A DNA stretch of 64,000 nt, taken from NCBI GenBank assembly GCA_032718475.1, contig JAUCBJ010000251.1, positions 1 to 64,000 of the forward strand, given 5' to 3'. This document shows, piece after piece, positions 54,464 to 64,000 of this stretch. The position numbers were made by a program, and so were the translations under genes. The number at the start of each line of letters is the position of its first letter. The first letter of the stretch is position 1. Below the pieces are notes generated by a model. The model did no database searches. It had not been told where the DNA came from and saw only the letters and a program-made list of their open reading frames with translations. The stretch is from Nemertoderma westbladi. Its lineage: Eukaryota > Animalia > Xenacoelomorpha.

Positions 54464-54941
54464 AAATATAAGTTGTAAGCAGATCATTTCTGGACTTAAT
54501 TTAAAAGAATTAAAAAATCAATTGACAGGTAAAATTATACTCAAACCTAATCAGTTTATATATAAGGTATTTGGTGCAACCTTATTAATGTTTACAAATG
54601 GACAAATAACAATTCTTGGTAGAAAATATAATTTTAATAAAGTTAAAAAGCATATATTTGAAAAAACAAACATTAATTTGATTTTTAAATCTATCAATTT
54701 GTGTACTTATATTTTTAGTATTGACACCGTAATCTATAGGTTACTTATAAACAATATCGGGTTTTATGTTATATTTGATAATGTTAAACTAGAAATTTCA
54801 TATGAGCCAGAAATATTCAATAACTGTAAAGTCAGAATAAATAATATTGTTGTTATTTGCTGTTTCTACACCGGTAAATGTACATTAATGTGTTCTCCGT
54901 TTAAATTTCAAATATATATTATCCTATATTCAACAAACTGA
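54435..54941 (+). CDS. Divergent TATA-box-binding-protein-like ORF
   Basis: Two TBP-like half repeats: IVN...LNLKEL...ATLLMFTNGQITILG and SYEPEIF...VICCFYTGKCTL; about 168 aa, the size of a TBP core. Confidence 0.72.
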   Translation: MMVNYQIVNKNISCKQIISGLNLKELKNQLTGKIILKPNQFIYKVFGATLLMFTNGQITILGRKYNFNKVKKHIFEKTNINLIFKSINLCTYIFSIDTVIYRLLINNIGFYVIFDNVKLEISYEPEIFNNCKVRINNIVVICCFYTGKCTLMCSPFKFQIYIILYSTN

Positions 54942-55977
54942 TTAATAATTTATTATTGTTTGGTGGAGGGTTTTTGATGTAAAATATAATTAGAAAGAGT
55001 GAAATTTATTGTTGTTGTTTGGTGGTGGAGATTTTTTACTGTAAAATATATATATATTAAATTGAGGGAGAAGAAATTTATGAATATTTTTTAAATCAAC
55101 AACTAGTTGGGGAAACTAACTAACTTCAGCAGAGCGATTGCTTGTAACAGCCTAGTATGCATAGTATACCCAGAGACAGTAGCTAGCTAGCTAAGCATCG
55201 CACGAGTGAGCTACAGTTGCGCACGCATCTGTTACTTATGACTGTGTGCAGCGAGCATCGCTAAGCTCGTTGAGAAAAGTTTAGGGCTATGTACTGGTAT
55301 TCATAGTCAAAGTCGAAGCCCTCCTATCTGTTACTAGCCCGTATACATATTATTAAAACATCGGCTATGCATTTCCCTACATTCAGAATAGAATAGAATA
55401 GAATAGAATAATGAACAGAGCATATATCACTAATCCGCATGGGAAAAGTTTATGTTAGGCATTTTGTTAACTATGTGAATTTTGTAATGTAAACATCTGC
55501 GACCCTCTACAAAAATATATATAAACTCAATTTTTCTAACAGTGAACTATAATTTTGTTAACCAAAATAAGAAAAAAAAAATACCGGTATACTCTAGCCT
55601 ATACTATACTATATTATAATCATAACCAACCTGTAACAGTAAAATGACAGCAAGTGTGACAAGTTGTTCTATGAAATTCGATCTTGAAGCTGGTGATGTA
55701 TACCTTCAAGCGGCAAATATAGTCGACATTAGTAGGTCAGTCAGTCAGTTAGTCAGTATCGATAAATCTCTCTCATTACCGGTACCATTTATAAATTGGT
55801 TGCTGTTGCGGTTGTGGTTATGAATGTGTCACAACAACATCATTATCATCTTCTTCCCATGGGTTGTTTGGGGGTAACATTGGATTTGTTATACCATCCT
55901 CCCAATTTTCTTGAGAAATTATACCGGTATCGCATGTATGAATTTCGCTATCGCCGGGTTGAATTCTCACATTTAAT

Positions 55978-58175
55978 GTGAAATTTTTCATTGTTTTAAA
56001 ATCCATTATTTCGTTTCCTCTTAAAATTAATACCGGCTTACCTGGAAACGTAACCACTGACAGTAGATCCATTGCAAATATTCTAAACAAACATTTCTCT
56101 ACCATTGGACCCCAATTAGCTGAGCAAATTCCGAAAACTAATAGAAATCCAACACGCTTCATAAAAAATTGTAATTACAAATCGTTTTGTTTAATAGAAC
56201 CATGTGAGACCGAAATTCTCTATTTTTTACTTGATACAGACAACCACGTTTCAACATATGATGAATTTCCGGTCTACCTGGTAAAATTAGCAGCTCATAC
56301 GATAGCCCCCCACTTAACTCATTTAATTCAATTATCCGTCATAAATGGTTTTTTTCCAGATTTACTTAAAATTGCAAAAATAATCCCAGTTTTTAAAACT
56401 GGCGATCCCACGGATAAAAATAATTACCGCCCCATTTCGATATTACCGCCTTTCACTAAAATATACGAGCGTGTTATCAACTCTCAACTACTGGCATATC
56501 TAAACAAGTTCGATTTACTTTCCCCTGCACAACACGGATTCCGAAAACATATAACGACTACAGATGCTATACTAACAGTTACGGAACAAATACAGGAAAC
56601 ACTAGACAACCAGAGCTCCGCCTGCTTAGTTTCAGTAGATCTCAAGAAAGCATTCGATACCTTAGATCACTCCATATTACTGCAAAAATTAGAATGTTAT
56701 GGTATACGCGGCCTCCCACTTAAATTGTTAGCCAGTTTCCTTGACAACCGATCACAAGTAGTTAATATTAACGGTTTTAATTCAGACTCCGTTAAGTACA
56801 CCCTGTGGAACCCCACAGGGTGGAATATTATCACCGCTTCTATTTTTAATTTATATTAATGATTTACCGAACTGCACAAAATTAATATCAACACTTTTTG
56901 CGGATGACACTACACTACTATTCTGCCACAAAAATACAAACACACTTATTTCTACAGTTAACACGGAATTACAGAAACTAGACAGCTGGTTAACAGACAA
57001 CAAACTATCTTTAAACTTAAAGAAAACGGAATATATCATCTTTGACAATCACAACACCACTACCACAATTCCCACAGTCAACATCCGTTCTATACCATTA
57101 ACGAAAACAACATCAACTAAATTCTTAGGAGTCTACATCGATAACCATGTAAATTGGATGGTTCACTGTAAATATATTTTGTCAAAAATCTCGAAACTAA
57201 CCGGCATCTTCTATAAATTACGTCATATACTACCACTTTATATACTTAGAACCCTATATTTTGCACTCGTACACCCACACATTCTTTACGGTATTATACT
57301 TTGGGGTAACAGCTACAATTCCTACACTAATAAAATTAAAATAAAATTAAATAAGATACTCCGAGCAATAACGTTTAGCCACTTCCAATCCCATGCACCC
57401 CCGATATATAAATCCTTAAAAGTTTTGCCACTAGATAAACTATTTGAGCTGGAAGTTGCGAAATTTATGTTTGATGTTAAAAAATGCAATAAAACAGACG
57501 CACTAATAAATATGTTCAAACCAATATCTGCAGTCCATCGGTATAATACTCGTTCGGCATTAACTCAAAAATTTTTCATCCCCCGTGTCCGATTACAAAT
57601 ATCCCAACAATCAATAAAATTCTCTGGCCCAAAAATATGGAACGATCTACCCCAGGAAATAAAAAATTCGAAGTCCAGAAAATCCTTAGCTACTACGTTA
57701 AAAAAATATTATCTAGATAATATATAATGTTATAACAATAAAGTATTTATAGAATCTTATCCGGCAAGTCAAGTCAGTTTCCCCACCACCAGTACATCAA
57801 CAACACGTTTTCATGATATCTCATTAAAATTAAACAAATTCACGCTGAAAATTTATTCTACCGAGTATCCCCCGCACCCCCCCCCCCCCCCCCCCCACCC
57901 CCGCACCCCCCCCCCCCCCAATCACCAGATAATATGTGTACAATTTATTTAGCACATAACGGGTGCCAAACTAGCTTCGCTACGGCAATCCGCTGGTGCA
58001 ATTCAATTTATATCATTCAAACTTATCCTGTTGTAATAATATCTGTATATTGTGTATTGATAAAAGACATTGTATTGTTAATCGTGATAATTGTAAGTAT
58101 AATATTGTATTGTCATCATAATATTGTCTGCTGTGAGATTAAATAAAGGGCCGGGCCTTCCCGGATTGAAATTGA
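55978..58175 (+). mobile_element. 5'-truncated CR1/L2-clade LINE (RT, frameshift near 56800)
   Basis: KIAKIIPVFKTGD...NYRPISILPPFTKIYE, QHGFRK, DLKKAFDT, GTPQGGILSPLLFLIYINDL, LFADDT, KFLGVYID, YGIILWG, HRYNTR, GPKIWNDLP; stop at 57727; (ttgaaa) tail. Confidence 0.92.
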
Positions 58176-58565
58176 AAAAATAGACCTATCTATACACGAA
58201 TATATTTCGTACACTCCCGCGCGCCAAAAATTTTTTTTACACAATTAAAAATATTACAGAATTAACTATTAACCTTCATACGTACCTGATATATATTATA
58301 CATACCATAAATTAAAGGGGGTAAAGTAAAATATTTCAATTATAACAATAACGAGGTCAAAAATAACAAATATACATATAGTTATTAACATGTACTGTTT
58401 GATCAAAAAAAAATTCACTATAAATATTTCATATAGGTTTTTACAAAATTTTGCACATAAATTGGTCATACGTAAATAGGGGCTTACTTAATAAAAACTT
58501 CCAGTGCGACTATTATTTTATTTTATATTTTATTTTATTACATACGTTATGGTTTGATATACTAC

Positions 58566-60572
58566 TTATTCTGATTCGTAGTCTGAACTTGAATCATTTG
58601 TGGACATTATTTTGATTTTTTGTTTAGCCTCTTTAGCTGCTAAACGCTGAGGTCGTTCCATTGTTTTGATATCAGTCGGGGAAGCAGCTGGTTTTGGTGT
58701 AACATTCGCCGCTGTTATTTCACTCTCTTTAGCCGTAATTTCTAAAGGGTATAATCGTTTAACTGGTCTGGTTGTCCGCCCTTTATTGGTTCTAATGGTA
58801 ACGTAACGAGTCTGGCCGTCGTTTCCAGGATGAAGTTCTAGAACCTTGGCTAATCTCCACTGTAGTCGAGGGGTGTGTTTGCTTCCTTCCACAAGAACAA
58901 TGTCACCCTCTTTTACTTGGGGTCCCTTTTTCTCGTTCCATCTATGCTGTTCACGTAATGCCAATAAATACTCGGCAGACCAACGATTTCTGAAATCCCG
59001 CAATATCTTCTGTAAACGGTTTAGACGATCGTTTATATTGGAGGTATTAATATAATCAGGATCCAAAAGATCGCCAATATCTGGATTACTGTCCGGAATA
59101 TCAGTTAACCTATAACCACATAGTAATTGAGATGGTGTAATTGGTAGTAGGTCTTTGATATCGGAAGATACATAGGTTAGAGGTCTGTCATTGAGTATCG
59201 CCTCAACCCCTATAAGAAACGTTCTGAGTTCGCTAATAGTAAGTAACGCCTTTCCAATTACGCGTTTTATTGTAAGTTTTGTACAACGAATCATCCTTTC
59301 CCACATACCGCCCATCCAAGGGCTGGCCTTAGGAATAAGATCCCATTTTAACCGCTTTTCCAGCAGGTAGTCGCGAACCATAGGATCTTGTTGAATATTT
59401 AGTAGAATTTGTCTGGAAGAAGTGAAGGTGGTTGAATTATCACTTATTAGAATGGATGGGTAACCTCTTCTTCCAACAAAGGAACGGAAGGCTAAAAGAA
59501 ATTCCAATGTTGAATTATCGAGAACCAATTCAAGATGAATAGCTCTGGAAACAGTGCATGTAAATAGGGCAATATAAACCTTGAATACTTCTCCATTTTG
59601 TTTTGCTGCTAAACTTCCTGTATAATCAACACCTACAGCTGAGAAAGGACGTTGAAATTGGACTCTGTAGTTAGGAAGTGGAGGAGGTAATGGAGACGCG
59701 TAAGGTTTACCTTGAATCCTAAGGCATTGTTCACATTTGCGAATCATAATTTTCACGCGTTGTCTACTAGATGGTATCCACCATCTTTGTCGAAGATATG
59801 CAACAGTACTAGACGTACCCTCATGACCATTCCTACTGTGAGCATCTCGGATAATAAGATCTGTAAGATAGTGTTTCTTCGGTAATAATATGGGCTGCTT
59901 GGAATTCCAATCCAAATCAGCATTGGATAATCTCCCATTGCTCTTTATAATATCGTCACTTAGAAATAACTGTAACTGTCTTACAAGAGTTGGAGTGTTA
60001 AATTTATTTTTGCTCAACAAAAATTCGATTTCCTCCCCAAAACTTTCCCGCTGAACTTTACGAATCCACCAATGCTCAGCTGTTTTGATGTCTTTCACTA
60101 ACAAATATGGCTTCTGTTTGGTAATTCTCGTATCAGAATTACTATGCATAAGAATGCTGCCAACTTGTTGATGTTTTAATAAAATACTTTTTCGAATGTT
60201 GTCGATGTATTTCAAAATCCATGCAGTTACCTTCAACAGACGACTGTAACTGCTAAATAATTCCAAATTTATTGCTACTGGTTCAACTTCCGGAGGGTTA
60301 GAAGATTCTCCAACTCCGCATACTACATCAACATCATTGTCCATAGTCTTGCATTGGAGAGACAACACCTTCTGTTGTGGCCAACTGGAATGATTCATTA
60401 ACCATGGCGGACCGTGCCACCACTGGTCAGAAGATAACAAATTGTTAGCTGTTGTCCCCCTTGAAATAAGATCAGCTGGATTTTCAATCCCTTTAACATG
60501 AAATACCTTTGCCTCAAACTCAGAGATAATATGATTACATTCTGTTACCCTCGCCTGTACAAAAGAATTCAA
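58566..60572 (-). CDS. BEL/Pao pol, RNase H tail and integrase portion
   Basis: NPADLISRG, HSRNGH...CEQC, PFSAVGVDYTG, RAIHLELV, SDNSTTF, SPWMGGMWERMI, LNDRPL, GRTTRPVKRLYPLE. Confidence 0.9.
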   Translation of the reverse strand: MNSFVQARVTECNHIISEFEAKVFHVKGIENPADLISRGTTANNLLSSDQWWHGPPWLMNHSSWPQQKVLSLQCKTMDNDVDVVCGVGESSNPPEVEPVAINLELFSSYSRLLKVTAWILKYIDNIRKSILLKHQQVGSILMHSNSDTRITKQKPYLLVKDIKTAEHWWIRKVQRESFGEEIEFLLSKNKFNTPTLVRQLQLFLSDDIIKSNGRLSNADLDWNSKQPILLPKKHYLTDLIIRDAHSRNGHEGTSSTVAYLRQRWWIPSSRQRVKIMIRKCEQCLRIQGKPYASPLPPPLPNYRVQFQRPFSAVGVDYTGSLAAKQNGEVFKVYIALFTCTVSRAIHLELVLDNSTLEFLLAFRSFVGRRGYPSILISDNSTTFTSSRQILLNIQQDPMVRDYLLEKRLKWDLIPKASPWMGGMWERMIRCTKLTIKRVIGKALLTISELRTFLIGVEAILNDRPLTYVSSDIKDLLPITPSQLLCGYRLTDIPDSNPDIGDLLDPDYINTSNINDRLNRLQKILRDFRNRWSAEYLLALREQHRWNEKKGPQVKEGDIVLVEGSKHTPRLQWRLAKVLELHPGNDGQTRYVTIRTNKGRTTRPVKRLYPLEITAKESEITAANVTPKPAASPTDIKTMERPQRLAAKEAKQKIKIMSTNDSSSDYESE

Positions 60573-60623
60573 GGGTTTTAAAGATAAAAGCCAGCGTTGA
60601 GATATCTCGCTATCAGTACAAAG

Positions 60624-62936
60624 TTAAAACTTTGGTAATAATCGCATGTGTCCATAAACATTGGATACATATGATAATAACCGCAATCCTAAGTTAAGTG
60701 CTGTTAGTTCCATTTGCGACAAAGTTAATGACTCCATAGATGATTTTATCGACTTTTCAATTAAAGCTTGTTTCTTTATAGGAACCACTTTCGATTTCGA
60801 TATGACTAATTCCGGTTTATGAATATCATCGACAATATAAATAACGGAACCATAGGCTTTACTTGAAGCATCTGTAAAAGCATGAAATGAAGACTGAGGC
60901 GAAACCGAAAGCAATTGGCGTTTAATATTGCAATTAAAAATTGCGTGAAGATCGTTGGAAATTATTTCCCATTCATCCCTGAAACTGCCGTGTAGATTTT
61001 CGTCCCACATAACCTTTGCTTTCCATAGCCCTTGAATAAAAATTCTCGATTTTATTCCAATAGGACCAAAAATTCCGAGAGGATCGAAATACTGTGCAAC
61101 ATGGCTAACTATGATACGTTTTGTTAATACATCCGATTTCATAAATGGATGAGATTTGAATTCTAGAATGTCTTGCGAAAAATTACATTTCAATCCAAGG
61201 AACTTTATGACTGGTTTAGAATGTTTCGGAGTATCACCATTGTCTATTATGACCTTTGATAATTTGGGACTGTTAGTGACCCATTCTCTTAGAGGTAGAT
61301 TAGCATCGGTAAATATTCTCTTACAGTCATAATAGTATTGAATTAGATTGGTTTCAGAGTCAAATGTTCCCTGTAAGTTATCAATATATAAATTTCTCAA
61401 AATCTCATCTATTATGGGATGAGAATAATTGTTTAAATGTTCACGAATTGTTGCACCCAAAAGGTAAGAACTACAAGTCGCACCAAAAAGGACAACCATG
61501 AAACGATAAGTGTTGAATTTACTTTTTGGATCGATAGGATTTGCAGGCCACAAAAACCGGGTAACATCTCTATCAGTTTCATTTAGGCGAATCTGTAAAA
61601 ATGCATTTTCAATGTCTGCAACAACTGCAAATGAACCAGTACGAAATTGCAAAATGCACGAAATAATGTTCGGTGTAAAACAGGGACCGCTGTATAAACA
61701 ATCATTCAAACTAGCACATTTTGGACCAGCTTTTGCAGAACAGTCATAAACTATACGCAATGGAGTTGTAGTTGATTCTGGTTTAGCTACACCATGGTGT
61801 GCTAAATAATGTACTTTATCAGGTAAAATATTATTATCACACGGAACCAGTTCAATAAATTTACGTTGCAATTGGTCTGTAATAATATTATTGTAAACTG
61901 AAAGTAGTTTCGGTGTCTTACGTAATTTAGCCAAGGTACTTGCTAATCTACGTAATGCTAAATTATAGTTTGATGATAATTTCGGATGATTTGGACGCCA
62001 TGGAAGTCCTACACAATATCTACCATCAACGAATTGTAAAGATTTAATAAAGTTTGTATGCACATACTCATCTATAGGACGATTGATATTTTCTGTACTT
62101 ATACCGATACTGTCTAAATCCCACAATCTACTCAACATGTTATCTAGTTTGGTTTCACTATCATTATCTACATTATAATTTGCACCAATGGAAATTAAAC
62201 ACATAGTGGTTGTGTTTACCGTAGTGCTAGTATTCACACTAGAATATGGAATTCTACCTGCGATGACATCACCTAGCACAGATGGTACGCAATATAAACC
62301 ACTAGATAATTGCTGTGCGGGTACAAATTCAAAATAATAATCAATGCCAATAATAATCCCGATATCTCTTAAATCATCACCAATAATTGGATCGGCCAAT
62401 AGTAATCCTTTAATATCTGCCCCTTTCAAACTACGTGTGCGACCAGGTATAAAAAAGCGTGGAGGTAATCTATCTACTATAAGCGCACGGACTTCTATAT
62501 CTCCTACCTTTGTGGATACTACAAATTGCACAATATCATACCATTCTAATTTACCGTCAGTATTAATGCCATCAATACCAGTACATTTTTTACCCACTAT
62601 AGGTAGTTTGAGCAACGCAGCTAAATCTCTTTTAATTAGACTACGTTGGGAGCCGGTATCTAATAAACTTCTATGTTTACTAGTAGTTTTATTTTCACAT
62701 ATTATAGGCATATATGTTGTTGGTATAAGAGAAGCATATTTATCGTCATTAGTTATTACACTTATCTTATTAGTAGCTACAGTAGAAGATACAACTTGTG
62801 GATCAGAATCTGAATTAACAGTTTCGTTTGATGTCGCAACATTACACGTATAATTTTGTTTGTCACTAGAATGATTTTGAGATCCTTTTACCTCGGTTGT
62901 AATTGCTGGAAGAATTACCTTTAGAATGGTGATCAA
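60624..62936 (-). CDS. BEL/Pao pol, protease, RT and RNase H portion
   Basis: LLDTGSQ, GRYCVGLPW, SLNDCLYSGP, DRDVTRFLW, FGATCSSYLL, FDPLG, FTDAS. Confidence 0.9.
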   Translation of the reverse strand: MITILKVILPAITTEVKGSQNHSSDKQNYTCNVATSNETVNSDSDPQVVSSTVATNKISVITNDDKYASLIPTTYMPIICENKTTSKHRSLLDTGSQRSLIKRDLAALLKLPIVGKKCTGIDGINTDGKLEWYDIVQFVVSTKVGDIEVRALIVDRLPPRFFIPGRTRSLKGADIKGLLLADPIIGDDLRDIGIIIGIDYYFEFVPAQQLSSGLYCVPSVLGDVIAGRIPYSSVNTSTTVNTTTMCLISIGANYNVDNDSETKLDNMLSRLWDLDSIGISTENINRPIDEYVHTNFIKSLQFVDGRYCVGLPWRPNHPKLSSNYNLALRRLASTLAKLRKTPKLLSVYNNIITDQLQRKFIELVPCDNNILPDKVHYLAHHGVAKPESTTTPLRIVYDCSAKAGPKCASLNDCLYSGPCFTPNIISCILQFRTGSFAVVADIENAFLQIRLNETDRDVTRFLWPANPIDPKSKFNTYRFMVVLFGATCSSYLLGATIREHLNNYSHPIIDEILRNLYIDNLQGTFDSETNLIQYYYDCKRIFTDANLPLREWVTNSPKLSKVIIDNGDTPKHSKPVIKFLGLKCNFSQDILEFKSHPFMKSDVLTKRIIVSHVAQYFDPLGIFGPIGIKSRIFIQGLWKAKVMWDENLHGSFRDEWEIISNDLHAIFNCNIKRQLLSVSPQSSFHAFTDASSKAYGSVIYIVDDIHKPELVISKSKVVPIKKQALIEKSIKSSMESLTLSQMELTALNLGLRLLSYVSNVYGHMRLLPKF

Positions 62937-64000
62937 AGTTACTACTTTTAGTACTTTGATCTAAATGTAATAACGTGTGATGTTTTTTGCGACATACAGA
63001 ACATACACCAGAACTAGGACAAATCTCACCATTTGCATGTTTACGAAAACAATTTCTGCACAAATGTAATTGTTTAGTACGCATAAACTTATCATAGGGC
63101 AAAATATATTTATCACAATTACGCACTACATGATTACCTTGACATAAGTAACATTTAAAGGCCGGTTTCTGTTACTCACACTTTGAGCTACGGGTATTGA
63201 TGTTGCAGTGCCACCGTGACGCAGCGCAACACTTTACTATTAGAGCAGATTATCTCGTCATCAGAATCTGCGTTGGCGCGTAACTGTTCAATTTCTTTCT
63301 GCAAGGCAGCGCGCAATGAATCCAGCTGCCAATATGTGCAATTGGCAGCTCTGTTAATGTTGTTCCGCACATCAGCAGGCAGCTTACGCATTAACAATGC
63401 GGCGTAAACGTAGCCGGCCGCATCGACGTCAGCGCCCAAATTCTTTAGAGCCCGTAAATGCGACTCGTACGAAGCCCGAAAGGTTGATAAACCTTGAACA
63501 GTTCCTGCAGGTTAATCCATGTCGAAAAACGCATGTAACCGAGCCTGTACCAGTGACTCAGTATTCCCGTAAGTTTCAATTAATAGTTTGACAGCATCTG
63601 CATAATCAGAGTCTGTTCGATGAAAACCGCCTAATAATTCGGACGCTTGGTCACTAAGACAACCGGTTAGGTAATTAAATTTCGTGGCATTACCAAGATC
63701 AGTTCGATCGTGAACAGCGTCACGAAAACGATCCCAGAATTCGGACCACTCGAACACCTTACCTGAAAATTGTGGCAAGTTGAGGTTGGGTAGTTTATAC
63801 TGTTTCGTTGGAGTTAGCTGATACCCGCCATGGCTGTTGTTTGGGTTTGTAAATATGGCACCATGCTGTCCATAACCACCAACGTCATCAATAACGGAAG
63901 ATGTATTCGTAGCACCTACAGCAACCAGTTGTGCTGTTTGGAGCAGTTTTGCGATGTTTTCGTCATAGCGACTGACTTCATCGTCCCCGGTTTCTGTCAC

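Larger units (their letters stand above)
58213..64000 (-). mobile_element. BEL/Pao LTR retrotransposon gag-pol with several frameshifts; runs off the right edge
   Basis: Gag KLPNLNLPQFSG..EW.EFWDRF; three Cys/His knuckles; LLDTGSQRS protease; LRIVYDCS, ADIENAF, YIDN (RT); FTDASSKAYG (RNase H); HHCC plus VDY/SDN/E integrase; G-rich tract then TGT at 58213 as likely 3' LTR start. Confidence 0.95.

Noticed and set aside
55645-55735. Possible host exon (MTASVTSCSMKFDLEAGDVYLQAANIVDIS|gtcagt)
   Set aside because: Too short, no recognisable homology and no partner exon found.

Overview
AT-rich, repeat-dense eukaryotic DNA, most likely an invertebrate animal. Host genes: ICMT (minus strand, last exon outside the window), a two-exon LSM5 missed by the ORF track, an intronless exonuclease-less WRN helicase about 190 bp behind LSM5, and an intronless class A GPCR. 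Most of the rest is mobile DNA: a near-complete Neptune-type Penelope-like element with inverted pLTRs, hammerhead ribozymes and a 13-bp TSD; RTE and CR1/L2 LINEs; two BEL/Pao LTR elements; MULE-, Merlin- and Helentron/DINE-like non-autonomous elements; and several satellites. The best candidate for an undescribed system is a decayed, co-directional, virus-like cassette at about 48.0-54.9 kb. It encodes a PC4-like ssDNA-binding protein, a Zn-finger protein-primed DNA polymerase B (Polinton type) and an overlapping TATA-binding-protein-like ORF. It lies downstream of a 25-bp satellite and AT-rich repeats, and no integrase, capsid or ATPase gene is visible in the window. All assignments were made by eye from motifs; no database search was run.
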